This document shows positions 51,506 through 61,568 of a DNA stretch of 64,000 nucleotides, one piece after another. Origin of the DNA: Patescibacteria group bacterium (GTDB lineage Bacteria; Patescibacteriota; Patescibacteriia; Patescibacteriales; UBA12465); the NCBI GenBank assembly GCA_041651195.1, contig JBAZJR010000001.1, positions 7,601-71,600 of the forward strand, given 5' to 3'. The translations under genes and the position numbers were made by a program. The notes under the pieces were generated by a model. It saw only the letters and a program-made list of their open reading frames with translations. It was not told the DNA's origin and did not search any database. The stretch's first letter is position 1, and every line of letters starts with the position of its first letter.

Positions 51506-54500
51506 ATGTTAAATCCGATCAAAACCAGCGATTTCGCCGCCATCCGCCTCCGTCTCGCCAGTCCGGATGAAATCTTAGGCTGGTCGCACGGCGAAGTGAC
51601 CCGGCCGGAAACTATCAACTATCGGACGCAGAAACCGGAGAAGGACGGTTTGTTCTGCGAAAAGATCTTTGGTCCGACCAAGGACTGGGAATGCGCCTGC
51701 GGCAAGTACAAGAAAATCCGCTATAAAGGCATCGTCTGCGACAAATGTGGTGTGGAAGTGACGCGGAGCATCGTGCGCCGCGAACGTCTCGGCAACATCA
51801 CTCTTCAGGTGCCGGTTTCCCATATCTGGTTCTTGCGCGGCCTATCCTCCAAGATCGGCTTGCTGCTTAATCTCGGCATTCAGTCTTTGGAAAAAGTCAT
51901 CTATTACGCCAGTTTTATCGTCACGGAAGTCGATGAGAACCTGAAGGCCACGACTTTGGACCAGGTCAAGGCAGAATATAAATCAAAGCTCAAGAGCATC
52001 GATAACGAATTCAATATGGCTGTCCGGAAGATTAAGGAAGCAGCCAAAGACGCGGGAGATGATCACGCGGAGATCAAGGATGCGGCCAAGCTCAAGGCCG
52101 AACGCTTGGCGCGCTTGGAAGATGATTTCGGCACGGTCCAGAAAGAGCTTAAAGAATTAAAGCCGCTGCTCATCCTGTCGGAACAGCAGTATCAGGAACT
52201 CAGTAAAAAATTCGGCCATATCTTCGAAGCCTCCATCGGCGCGGAAGCGATCCGCCGGCTCTTAGCCAAGATCGATCTGGATAAGAGCATCGAGAATTTG
52301 GAAGAAAAGCTGGCGGGCGCCGTGGACTCTAAAAAAGAAAAACTGGTCAAGCGCTTGAAGCTCTTAAAGAATTTCCGGAATAACAATATTCGCCCGGAGT
52401 GGATGATCTTGACGGTGCTTCCTGTCGTCCCGCCCGATTTGCGCCCGATGGTCGCTTTGGACGGCGGCCGTTTCGCCGCTTCCGACCTGAATGACCTTTA
52501 TCGCCGCATCATCAACCGCAATAACCGCTTGAAGCAGCTGATTGAGCTGAACGCGCCGGAAGTCATCTGCCGCAATGAGAAGCGGATGCTCCAGGAAGCG
52601 GTTGATGCCTTGATCGATAATAGTGCCCGGCATACCAAGACTGTCACGGCTTCGACCGGTCAGAAACGGCAACTCAAATCTTTAGCCGATACCTTGAAGG
52701 GCAAGCAGGGTCGTTTCCGCCAGAATCTGCTCGGCAAGCGCGTGGACTATTCCGGCCGTTCGGTCATCGTCGTCAATCCGCGCCTGAATCTGGACCAATG
52801 CGGCTTGCCTAAGACCATGGCTTTGGAATTATTCAAACCATTTATCATTTCTCAACTCATCAAGCGGGAAATCGTCCATAATGTCCGGAGCGCTTCGCGT
52901 TATATCGAAGCTGGCCATGATGAAGTTTGGGACATCTTAGAAGAGATCATCAAGGAATCCTTCGTGTTATTGAATCGCGCGCCTACTTTGCATCGCCTCG
53001 GCATCCAGGCTTTCCGGCCGATCTTGATCGAAGGCAAAGCGATCCAGATCCATCCGCTCGTTTGTACTGCCTTCAACGCCGACTTCGATGGCGACCAGAT
53101 GGCCGTCCACGTCCCCTTGACCAAGGAAGCCAAGCATGAAGCGGAGACCCTGATGTTATCTTCCCATAATCTCTTAAAGCCGGCGACCGGCGATCCGATC
53201 GTCGCGCCCGCGCAGGATATCGTCTGGGGGACTTACTATATCACGTTGGTCGAAAAAGATTATGACGAGAAGAAGCCGGAAGAACTCCGCAATTTTTATG
53301 ATTTTGACGAAGCGATGCTCGCTTATGATAATGACGGCATCGGTTTGCATGAAGCGATTACTATCCGCCATGAAGGTGCTCGCCTGAAGACGACGATCGG
53401 CCGCTTGATCTTCAATTCCTTGCTGCCGGAAAAATTAAAATATATAAACGACGTGGTCGGCAAAGGCAAGCTGAAAGACCTGATCCGGGAATGTCTGCGG
53501 ATTTATGGCGAAGAGGAAACCGTTAAGTTCATCGATGGCCTGAAGAATCGCAGTTTCGCCTTCATCACCAAGTCCGGCTTATCCTGGGGTTTCGGCGACC
53601 TGCCGGATCTGCCGGAAAAAGATAAGCTGATCGCCGCGGCTAATGAGAAAGTCGAGCTGATCAAGGGGCAATATGAAGACGGCTTGCTGACGGAAAGCGA
53701 ACGTTACGCCAAGGTGATCGAGGAATGGACTAGCACGAAAGATAAGATTGCCGATATTTGCAAGAAAGGCTTGGCTAATATCTTGCCAGTTTTCTCGATG
53801 ATCGACTCCGGCGCCCGCGGTTCCTGGGCTCAGCCGGTCCAGATCTTGGGCATGAAAGGTCTCGTGACCTCTCCTTCCGGCGCCATCTTCGAGCTGCCGG
53901 TCAAAGGAAATTTCAAGGAAGGTTTCGGCGTGCTTGAGTATTTCATTTCAACGCACGGCGTCCGCAAAGGTTTGTCCGATACGGCGCTGCGGACGGCGAA
54001 TGCCGGCTATCTGACCCGTCGGCTTGTCGATGTTTCCCAAGATGTCATCATTTCTGAAGAAGATTGCGGCGATCACGAGGGCCTGCGCCTGAGCCGGACC
54101 GAAGTAGAAGCCAGCGGCGAAGATTTTTTCAAACGGATTACCGGTCGTTATCTGGCGCAAGATATCCTGGATAAGAAAGGGAAGGCCGTCCTTAAAAGTG
54201 GCGAATTATTAAATGAAGAAAATATTAAATTATTGAAGACCAAGGAGATCGACGATGTCGTCGTTCGTTCGGTCTTGAGCTGTAAGTTGCATAAGGGCGT
54301 TTGTGCCAAATGCTATGGCTGGGACTTAGCTTATAACAAGGCGGTCAAGATGGGCTCGACCGTCGGTATCATCGCCGCCCAGTCTATCGGCGAACCGGGC
54401 ACCCAGCTGACGATGCGGACTTTCCATACCGGCGGCGTCGCTGGCCAAGACGATATCACCCAGGGTCTGCCGCGCGTGGAAGAGATCTTTGAAGCGCGCA

Positions 54501-55438
54501 GCCCGAAGAAGAAAGCCCTGATTTCCGATGTGGCCGGGCGGGTCAAGATCGAATTCGCGCAGAAGATCATCAAGGATAAAGACGGCCGGGAAATTTCCGT
54601 GGACAATCCGCAAACCAAGATCTTAAGCATCTATTATAAGGGCAAGGATCATGATAAATATTATTTTTCGGAAAAGATCAATGAATTGAAATTGGCCGGC
54701 GGTCTGACCGCTAAGGACACGAAGAAATTGGAAATCAAGGTTCTGGTCAAAGACGGCGCCACGGTCGCTAAGAACGCGGAATTATTTAAAATCGGAGCGG
54801 AAATCGTCCGAGCTAAATCAGCCGGCACAGCCGCGGTCGCGGAAAAATATATCAGCGTCGCAAAAGAGGTGGAGAAAGTTAAGGAATTCCCGATTTTGAA
54901 GGGGACAATGCTCCTGGTCAAGGACGGCGAAACGATAGAACGGGGCACGCAGCTGACGGAAGGTTCTCTGGATCTGCGCGAATTGTATAAGCTGAAAGGC
55001 CGCTTGGAAACGCAGAAATATATCATCAAGGAGATCCAATATGTTTATTCTTCGCAGGGCCAGCCTCTGAACGATAAGCACGTGGAGATCATCGCCCGCC
55101 AGATGTTCTCACGCTATTTCATTAAGGAAGCGGGTGACACTAGCCTTTTGCCGGGGGAAACCATCGAAGAAGAGGTCCTGGAGACTTCTAATCAAGGTTT
55201 GAAGCATCCGGCGCAAGCCGAACGCCTCTTGCTCGGCATCACCAAGGCTTCGCTGACGACCGACAGTTTCTTATCGGCTGCCTCTTTCCAGGAAACTTCA
55301 CGCGTGCTCATCGATGCGGCAGTCGGCGGCAAGATCGATTATCTGGAAGGGTTGAAAGAGAATGTCATAATCGGCTGCCTGATCCCGGCCGGCACCGGCT
55401 ATAAGGGGAAGAAACAGCGGCTGGATTATAGTAAATAA
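51506..55438 (+). CDS. rpoC: DNA-directed RNA polymerase beta' subunit
   Basis: 1310 aa. Zn-finger CACGKYKKIRYKGIVCDKCGVEV and the catalytic NADFDGDQMAVH. Confidence 0.97.
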   Translation: MLNPIKTSDFAAIRLRLASPDEILGWSHGEVTRPETINYRTQKPEKDGLFCEKIFGPTKDWECACGKYKKIRYKGIVCDKCGVEVTRSIVRRERLGNITLQVPVSHIWFLRGLSSKIGLLLNLGIQSLEKVIYYASFIVTEVDENLKATTLDQVKAEYKSKLKSIDNEFNMAVRKIKEAAKDAGDDHAEIKDAAKLKAERLARLEDDFGTVQKELKELKPLLILSEQQYQELSKKFGHIFEASIGAEAIRRLLAKIDLDKSIENLEEKLAGAVDSKKEKLVKRLKLLKNFRNNNIRPEWMILTVLPVVPPDLRPMVALDGGRFAASDLNDLYRRIINRNNRLKQLIELNAPEVICRNEKRMLQEAVDALIDNSARHTKTVTASTGQKRQLKSLADTLKGKQGRFRQNLLGKRVDYSGRSVIVVNPRLNLDQCGLPKTMALELFKPFIISQLIKREIVHNVRSASRYIEAGHDEVWDILEEIIKESFVLLNRAPTLHRLGIQAFRPILIEGKAIQIHPLVCTAFNADFDGDQMAVHVPLTKEAKHEAETLMLSSHNLLKPATGDPIVAPAQDIVWGTYYITLVEKDYDEKKPEELRNFYDFDEAMLAYDNDGIGLHEAITIRHEGARLKTTIGRLIFNSLLPEKLKYINDVVGKGKLKDLIRECLRIYGEEETVKFIDGLKNRSFAFITKSGLSWGFGDLPDLPEKDKLIAAANEKVELIKGQYEDGLLTESERYAKVIEEWTSTKDKIADICKKGLANILPVFSMIDSGARGSWAQPVQILGMKGLVTSPSGAIFELPVKGNFKEGFGVLEYFISTHGVRKGLSDTALRTANAGYLTRRLVDVSQDVIISEEDCGDHEGLRLSRTEVEASGEDFFKRITGRYLAQDILDKKGKAVLKSGELLNEENIKLLKTKEIDDVVVRSVLSCKLHKGVCAKCYGWDLAYNKAVKMGSTVGIIAAQSIGEPGTQLTMRTFHTGGVAGQDDITQGLPRVEEIFEARSPKKKALISDVAGRVKIEFAQKIIKDKDGREISVDNPQTKILSIYYKGKDHDKYYFSEKINELKLAGGLTAKDTKKLEIKVLVKDGATVAKNAELFKIGAEIVRAKSAGTAAVAEKYISVAKEVEKVKEFPILKGTMLLVKDGETIERGTQLTEGSLDLRELYKLKGRLETQKYIIKEIQYVYSSQGQPLNDKHVEIIARQMFSRYFIKEAGDTSLLPGETIEEEVLETSNQGLKHPAQAERLLLGITKASLTTDSFLSAASFQETSRVLIDAAVGGKIDYLEGLKENVIIGCLIPAGTGYKGKKQRLDYSK

Positions 55439-55460
55439 ATGATTGGTTTTTATCAGCCAG

Positions 55461-55497
55461 AAGACCCGCGCCATAAATCAGCGCGGGTCTTTTTTTA
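55461..55497 (+). terminator. intrinsic terminator after rpoC
   Basis: AGACCCGCGC-CAUAAAUCA-GCGCGGGUCU followed by UUUUUUU. Confidence 0.85.
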
Positions 55498-55530
55498 TTA
55501 TCGAAAATACAGTAAAATATAGGTATATTT

Positions 55531-57027
55531 ATGAGAAAATTGTTTTTGACAAAATGGCCATTTTTGTTTAAGTTGCGCTTATTTTTTGCTTTATCAGCCC
55601 TGATCATCGGCTTGATTTTTTTGTATCTTAAGATTGTTCCCGGCGGCCAGATTTCTTATAGCAAGTCTTGGCCGGGCGGCCTCAGATCGGGGAAGGGATT
55701 CATTTATGATTTTAAACCGGCAGAAAGGATGTCTGCGGCGAGCGAATTCTTGAAGATAGTCGCTGACCCGGTATATTTTTCCTTGTTTACGCCGCGCCGT
55801 TTTGATGAAGCGGTCCTGACTATCCGGTATCGCGACCGGCTGGGGACGACTACGCCGCTGTTTGAAGCCGGCGTTTTGAAAGATAAGCTGACGGGTCATT
55901 ATGAATTACGCCCGCTTCAGAATGACGTCATTGATGATCTGCGTTTCCGTTGGCCGCGTTTAGAAGATAGCGCCGCACTTTTAATTTTACAAGCGGAGCG
56001 GAACTATGATTCAGCGGACGCTTTTTTCAGCGATCTGCAGGCCGGCCAGCTGCGGGATTGCCCGGGCGGGCCAACCGCCTGCGTCGCGGTTTATAATTAT
56101 CCGCTCACCTTTGACTATCGTCTGCCTGACTATGCGCCGCTCAAACCGCTCAAGATTGAGCAGCCTTTGCGCGGCCCTCACCAATTTTATCTTTATCTGA
56201 AAGATGAGTCTTGGCGTTTGAGCCTGGATTTCAGTGACCTCAATCAAGACAAGGAACAGGATCCGATTAGCGTCCAGGTCCGGGGAGCTGGCGGGGTGAT
56301 CGCTCATGAGACGCTGGGCGATAATAACCCGACGCCGGATAACGGCCGGGTCGAGGAGAAGCGGCTGGTCTTAAGCGGCCAATCCCAGCCTACCGGCGTG
56401 TATAAGGTGAGTGTAGATATAAGTTCGGATGTGGTTATTGCCCGGATTATCAGTTCTTCGGATAAATTATCTTTCTTAAATAAGATCTGGCCGGTTTCCG
56501 GAACGGGGAGCCTGACGCTTTTTACGGACGCCGCCTACCTGGAGGCCAGCACTCTTAATCCGGCTAGCCTAGGCGTCATTACTTTCGCCGGCCGGGATCA
56601 AGAATTGTCTCAGACCGGACAGCCATTTGTTTTTTCCGCCCCGGCTGGCGTTAAAGAATTGATCCTGCGCGCTGATGACATCCGCTTGGCGAATAATGGC
56701 GTTTTGGCCTTTTCCCGGGACAGCTTATTCAATCCGGGCTTCAAGAAGCTCGACCGGTATTTATCAACGACGACAAGCGTCCGTTATGTCGTAGCCGATT
56801 ATCAGCAGCCGATTTATGACGAGGGCTGGAAAACCGCGACCGCGCGTTTTTCTTTGGGTGACGCGGATCGTGAAAATGGCCGGTATAGCTTCTTATTATC
56901 AATCCCTGGTTTGAACGGTTCGGCTGATGCGCCGCATTACTTAGAGATAAAAGAAATCGAGGTCAGCTTGCAAGGCAAGACTTTAGGGCGGCGGCTCCTT
57001 GATTTGTTTAAAAGCCTATGGCAGTAA
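55531..57027 (+). CDS. membrane-anchored hypothetical protein (498 aa)
   Basis: A single N-terminal TM helix followed by a large extracytoplasmic region. No motif recognised. Confidence 0.6.
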   Translation: MRKLFLTKWPFLFKLRLFFALSALIIGLIFLYLKIVPGGQISYSKSWPGGLRSGKGFIYDFKPAERMSAASEFLKIVADPVYFSLFTPRRFDEAVLTIRYRDRLGTTTPLFEAGVLKDKLTGHYELRPLQNDVIDDLRFRWPRLEDSAALLILQAERNYDSADAFFSDLQAGQLRDCPGGPTACVAVYNYPLTFDYRLPDYAPLKPLKIEQPLRGPHQFYLYLKDESWRLSLDFSDLNQDKEQDPISVQVRGAGGVIAHETLGDNNPTPDNGRVEEKRLVLSGQSQPTGVYKVSVDISSDVVIARIISSSDKLSFLNKIWPVSGTGSLTLFTDAAYLEASTLNPASLGVITFAGRDQELSQTGQPFVFSAPAGVKELILRADDIRLANNGVLAFSRDSLFNPGFKKLDRYLSTTTSVRYVVADYQQPIYDEGWKTATARFSLGDADRENGRYSFLLSIPGLNGSADAPHYLEIKEIEVSLQGKTLGRRLLDLFKSLWQ

Positions 57028-57200
57028 TGACTAAAAAACAGATTATCCGGCGGGAGATATTTTATTTTATTTCCGGTCTTTTCGTGCTTTTAGCCGGCTT
57101 AGAGATCATCTGGCCGAATATCGTCCTCGCTTATTTTAATTTGAATTGGCTGGCGGTCCTCTGGTTTTTGGCCGGCCTGTATATATTAATTAAAAGATAA
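57018..57200 (+). CDS. small two-TM membrane protein
   Basis: 60-aa ORF that overlaps the upstream stop. It has two hydrophobic helices. Confidence 0.45.
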   Translation: MAVMTKKQIIRREIFYFISGLFVLLAGLEIIWPNIVLAYFNLNWLAVLWFLAGLYILIKR

Positions 57201-57228
57201 TTAGCGGCGCTCTGGCGCCTATCCGCTT

Positions 57229-59217
57229 ATGAAGTCTCTTAAGAATTTTTTTAACCCGCGCGCCGTCGCGGTCATCGGCGCTTCGCGTCGTCCGGAAAAG
57301 TTGGGACGGCAGATCCTAGACAATCTTCTGGCTGGCGGTTTCCGCGGCCCGGTCTATCCGATCAACCTGAAAGAGAAGAAGATCGCCGGCCTTAAGGCCT
57401 ATGCTGGCTTGGAAGAATTATTGCTTCGCGAACGACAAGGGATACTGGTCGTCGTCGCGATTCCAGCCCCTTTCGTCCTGGCGGAAATCAAGAAATGCGC
57501 ATCGCTCGGCCTTAAAGATATTGTGATTATTACCGCCGGTTTTAAAGAGAACGGCGCGGCCGGAGCGAAGATTGAAGAGGAGATCGCGGCCGTCGCGGCG
57601 CGGCATGGCCTGAATATCCTCGGTCCGAATTGCCTGGGGATGATCAATACTTGGCATCGCTTGAATGCGACTTTCGCGGCGGCTGACCAGGACACGGGAA
57701 ATAGCGCTCTCTTATCGCAGTCGGGCGCGATCGGCGCCGCCTCTCTAGATTGGCTGAAGACCATGGATTTTAATTTTGGTTATTTTATCAGCCTGGGCAA
57801 TAAGGCCGTTCTGGATGAAAACAAGATCATGTCCCACCTGGGAGCTGATCCGCGCATCGATATCATCTCAGCTTATCTGGAAGAGATCAAAGACGGCAGA
57901 AAGTTTATGGAAATCGTTTCCCGCCTGGCTAAGCGCAAGCCGGTCGCAATCTTGAAAGCCGGGACGAGCGCCGCGGGCGGCGCGCTAGCCAAATCGCACA
58001 CCGGGTCATTAGCTGGCTCGGCCGCCGCGGTCCGGACCGGAGTAGAACGCGCCGGCGCGATCTGGCTGGAGAATCTGGAAGACCTATTCCATCTCCTTTT
58101 GCTTTTCCGGAAAGAATCCTGGCATAACCAGGGGCCGCAGGAATTATATATCATCACTAACGCCGGCGGCGTCGCGGTCATCACGGTTGACGAAATAAGC
58201 CGGCAGGGACTGCCTTTCGGCCGCAGCCTTGATCTCTTGGGTGACGCGGATGCGGCGCGTTATGAAGCTGCTCTCGCCGATATGCTCGCCGACAAGAAGG
58301 TCAATAATCTCTTAGTCTTATTGACGCCGCAAACTTCCACGGAAGTGCTCAAGACGGCTCGGGCAGTCGTCGCGGCCGCCAAAAAATATCCGCGCAAGCT
58401 GATTATGACTAGCTTTGTGGGCGGTCAGGAAGTCGCGCCGGCCCGCGCGCTATTTTCCCGCTCCGGCGTTCCGACTTTCGGGTATCCGGAAGAGGCAGTC
58501 CGGAGTTTTAAGAAGCTGATCGCCTATAAAGAATCAGCCGCCCGTCTGCGCCCTTATCGCGCCTCTCGCCGCCCCGTCGGCTCGCTTGTCCGCCAGACTG
58601 ATTACCTCGCTTCGCTCCGGCTCCTAGAGAAGTATCAGATTCCGACCATCAAGACTGTCCGTTATGACGCGGCGCGTTTAAAAGACTATCGTTATCCGGC
58701 CGTCTTGAAGACGGTCGGCCCGGATTTCCTGCATAAGACTGATACCGGCGGAGTCGTAGTCAACCTTAAGACGCCGGCGGAATTGCGGGCGGCGGCGCTT
58801 GACCGGCAGGAAAAGAATCGGCGCGCCTTGAGCCGGCCGGAGAATTATCTGGTCGTCCAGCCGCAGGCCGGGCACTTCCAGGAAATTATCTTAGGCTTCA
58901 AACGGGATAGCAGCTTCGGCCCGATCATGATGATCGGCCAAGGAGGCATTTATACGGAAGTTTTTAAAGATTTTAAATTAGCGATCAGCGATCTTAATCT
59001 GAGAGAGGCGCGTTCGCTCATCGCCGGCCTGAAAATATACCCTATCTTAAACGGGGCGCGCGGACAGAAAAAATATGATCTGGCAGCTCTTGCCCGGGCC
59101 TTAGTCCGTTTAGCGAAATTAGCTAATGAGCATCCCGAGATTTCCGAATTGGATATCAATCCGCTTTTTCTCTTTAATCGAGGCCTCGCCGCTGGCGATG
59201 TCCGGATCATCTTATAA
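57229..59217 (+). CDS. acetate--CoA ligase (ADP-forming), fused alpha/beta type
   Basis: CoA-binding N-terminus (PRAVAVIGASRRPEKLGR), LGPNCLG, SQSGA and HTGSLAG motifs, and a C-terminal ATP-grasp domain. Confidence 0.8.
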   Translation: MKSLKNFFNPRAVAVIGASRRPEKLGRQILDNLLAGGFRGPVYPINLKEKKIAGLKAYAGLEELLLRERQGILVVVAIPAPFVLAEIKKCASLGLKDIVIITAGFKENGAAGAKIEEEIAAVAARHGLNILGPNCLGMINTWHRLNATFAAADQDTGNSALLSQSGAIGAASLDWLKTMDFNFGYFISLGNKAVLDENKIMSHLGADPRIDIISAYLEEIKDGRKFMEIVSRLAKRKPVAILKAGTSAAGGALAKSHTGSLAGSAAAVRTGVERAGAIWLENLEDLFHLLLLFRKESWHNQGPQELYIITNAGGVAVITVDEISRQGLPFGRSLDLLGDADAARYEAALADMLADKKVNNLLVLLTPQTSTEVLKTARAVVAAAKKYPRKLIMTSFVGGQEVAPARALFSRSGVPTFGYPEEAVRSFKKLIAYKESAARLRPYRASRRPVGSLVRQTDYLASLRLLEKYQIPTIKTVRYDAARLKDYRYPAVLKTVGPDFLHKTDTGGVVVNLKTPAELRAAALDRQEKNRRALSRPENYLVVQPQAGHFQEIILGFKRDSSFGPIMMIGQGGIYTEVFKDFKLAISDLNLREARSLIAGLKIYPILNGARGQKKYDLAALARALVRLAKLANEHPEISELDINPLFLFNRGLAAGDVRIIL

Positions 59218-59220
59218 CCT

Positions 59221-59934
59221 ATGTATGCCGAGCGTAAAATCATCGTCGTCTTGCCGGCTTATAACGCCGCCCGGACTTTGGAGCGGACAGTTCGAGATTT
59301 GCCGGAGCTGGTCGATGAGATAATCTTGGTCGATGATAAGAGCAGTGATGAGACCGCGGCGGTCGCGCGCCAGCTCGGGCTTTTCGTTTTCGCCCACGAC
59401 CGGAACGGCGGCTACGGAGCGAATCAGAAGACCTGTTATCGCCTGGCCCTGGAACACGGGGCGGATATCGTCGTGATGATCCATCCGGATTATCAATATG
59501 ATCCGAAGCTAGTCAGATATTTCGCCGAATTCATCGCTGCCGATTATTTTGACGTCATGCTTGGGACGCGGGTCAGGAGCCGCCGGGAGACGCTCCAGGG
59601 CGGTATGCCGCTCTATAAGTATCTGGCGAACCGCGTCCTGACGATTTTTGAGAATCTGGTCAGCGGCCAGAATCTGTCAGAGTGGCATACGGGCATGCGC
59701 GCGTATAAGAGAGAGGTGTTGGAGAATATTGATTGGGCTGCGAATTCTGATGATTTTGTTTTTGACAGCCAAGTCTTATTCCAGATCGTGGCGCGTCGCT
59801 ATCGGATCGGCGAGATTCCGGTGCCGGTCCGTTATTTTAAAGAAGCTTCCTCGATCAATTTTATCAGGAGCCTGCGCTATGGTTTTGCGACGGCCGGCGT
59901 TGCTCTTAAATATCTGTTCGGCGGCTATCGATAG
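59221..59934 (+). CDS. family 2 glycosyltransferase (polyprenol-phosphate glycosyltransferase-like)
   Basis: IIVVLPAYNAARTL and ILVDDKSSDET (DxD region). Confidence 0.8.
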   Translation: MYAERKIIVVLPAYNAARTLERTVRDLPELVDEIILVDDKSSDETAAVARQLGLFVFAHDRNGGYGANQKTCYRLALEHGADIVVMIHPDYQYDPKLVRYFAEFIAADYFDVMLGTRVRSRRETLQGGMPLYKYLANRVLTIFENLVSGQNLSEWHTGMRAYKREVLENIDWAANSDDFVFDSQVLFQIVARRYRIGEIPVPVRYFKEASSINFIRSLRYGFATAGVALKYLFGGYR

Positions 59935-59951
59935 GTCGGCGACAGCAAGTT

Positions 59952-61564
59952 ATGAATAAATCTTACGACAACCAGCTAGGCACAAGCGGCCACCCCGCCC
60001 TTGATAACCGCCGAAAATGGCGCACGCTCCAAGGCTGGCGCCCTTATCTCGTCATCTTAGTCCTTGGTTTTTTACTTTATGGCCGGACTATATTTTTTGA
60101 CTTTACCTATCTAGACGACAATTCTTTGATTTTGGAAAATTATCCGATTATCAGCAGCTTTCGGAATATTGGCGCGGTTTTCAGCCAGGACGTTTTTTTC
60201 GGGGCAGATAAGTTTTATTATCGCCCGCTCTTGAACCTGTCTTTCATGATTGATGCGGCCATCGCCGGAGCCTTGCCGGCCATTTTCCATCTGTCCAATA
60301 TCCTATGGCATGTCTTGGCGGCAAGCTTAGTTTTTTCATTATTCCTGAAAGAGCGGCGGCCGCGTCATCTAGCCTTCTTCCTGGCGCTTATTTTTTTAGT
60401 CCATCCGGTCATGTCCCAGGCGGTCGCCTGGATTCCCGGGCGCAATGATTCTCTCTTGGCGGTTTTTGTCTTGGTTTCTTTCCTGTCTTTTTTGAGCTTC
60501 AGCGAACGGCCGCGTCTGGGCGCTTATATCGCATATCTGCTTTTTTTTCTGGCCGCCCTTTTGACCAAGGAAACAGCTATTTTTTTACCGATTCTCGTAG
60601 TTTTTTATTTTTTATTTATTACTCCGAATAAAGTTTCCTTGGCTGACCGTTGGTTGCTCGTCATCGGTTCGGCCGCCACTGGCTTCCTTTGGTTTTTAGC
60701 GCGCCACTTCGCCTTAGGCGGCGAAACGACTAATTATATCGCCGCCGGCCGGAATATCTTCCAGAATGCGCCGGCCTTGCTCGTCTATATCGGGAAATTA
60801 GTCTGGCCTTTTAATTTAGCCGTCTTTCCGATCTTAGCGGACTCCCGTCTATTCTATGGCGCCTTAGCATTGCCAGCCCTGATCATCGCTTGGTGGCGAT
60901 CGCGTTCCGCCCGGCATATTTATTTTGTCTTCGGTAGCCTTTGGTTCATGCTATTTCTTCTGCCTTCCTTTATCCGAGTGAGCGGCCTGCCGGATTTTCT
61001 GGAGCATCGCCTCTATCTGCCGTTTATCGGATTCTTGATATTTTTAGCCGAATTGGCCTGGTTTAATAACCTAGACTTTAGTCGAAAAAATGTTAAGATG
61101 ATAAGCGCGGCTCTGCTTTTGGTCTTGGCGGGCGTAACTTGGCAGCATAGCGCGCTCTTCCGCGACCGCCTAACTTTCTGGCAGGCAGCGGTGCTGGTTC
61201 GTCGCATTCGCCTTTGGCCAATAAGAATCTGGGAGCGATGCATTATTTCAATCAAGATCTGCCTTCAGCCGAAAGGTATTATCGTCGCGCCCTGGAGCTG
61301 AATCCGCAGGAAACATTAGTCCATAATAATCTGGGCGTGATTTATCTGTCGCGTGCGGACTACGCGCGGGCGGAACAAGAATTTAAAGCGGAGTTAAGCC
61401 TTAATCCGCGTTATGACAAGGCTTTATTCAATCTCGGCGATCTCGCCTACCGCCAGAAACGCTATGCCGAGGCCGAGAATTTTTGGTCGCAGGCTTTGGC
61501 CGCCAACCCTTTTTATCGGGAAGCGGCTGAGCGTTTGCAGCTCTTAAAAGTCCAACCGGAATAA
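59952..61564 (+). pseudogene. PMT_2/ArnT-like membrane glycosyltransferase fused to TPR repeats, interrupted by a frameshift near 61190-61200
   Basis: The first frame ends in non-conserved sequence at 61301. The second frame is open from 61151 and reads SPLANKNLGAMHYFNQDLPSAERYYRRALELNP (TPR). The two frames overlap by about 150 nt. Confidence 0.5.
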
Positions 61565-61568
61565 TTTT

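Noticed and set aside
48183-55438. Numerous 60-170-aa ORFs antisense to or out of frame within rpoB/rpoC (and likewise within pnp, polA, ftsK and others)
   Set aside because: They are entirely nested in long, confidently identified genes and have no independent signals. They are typical shadow ORFs of GC-balanced coding sequence.
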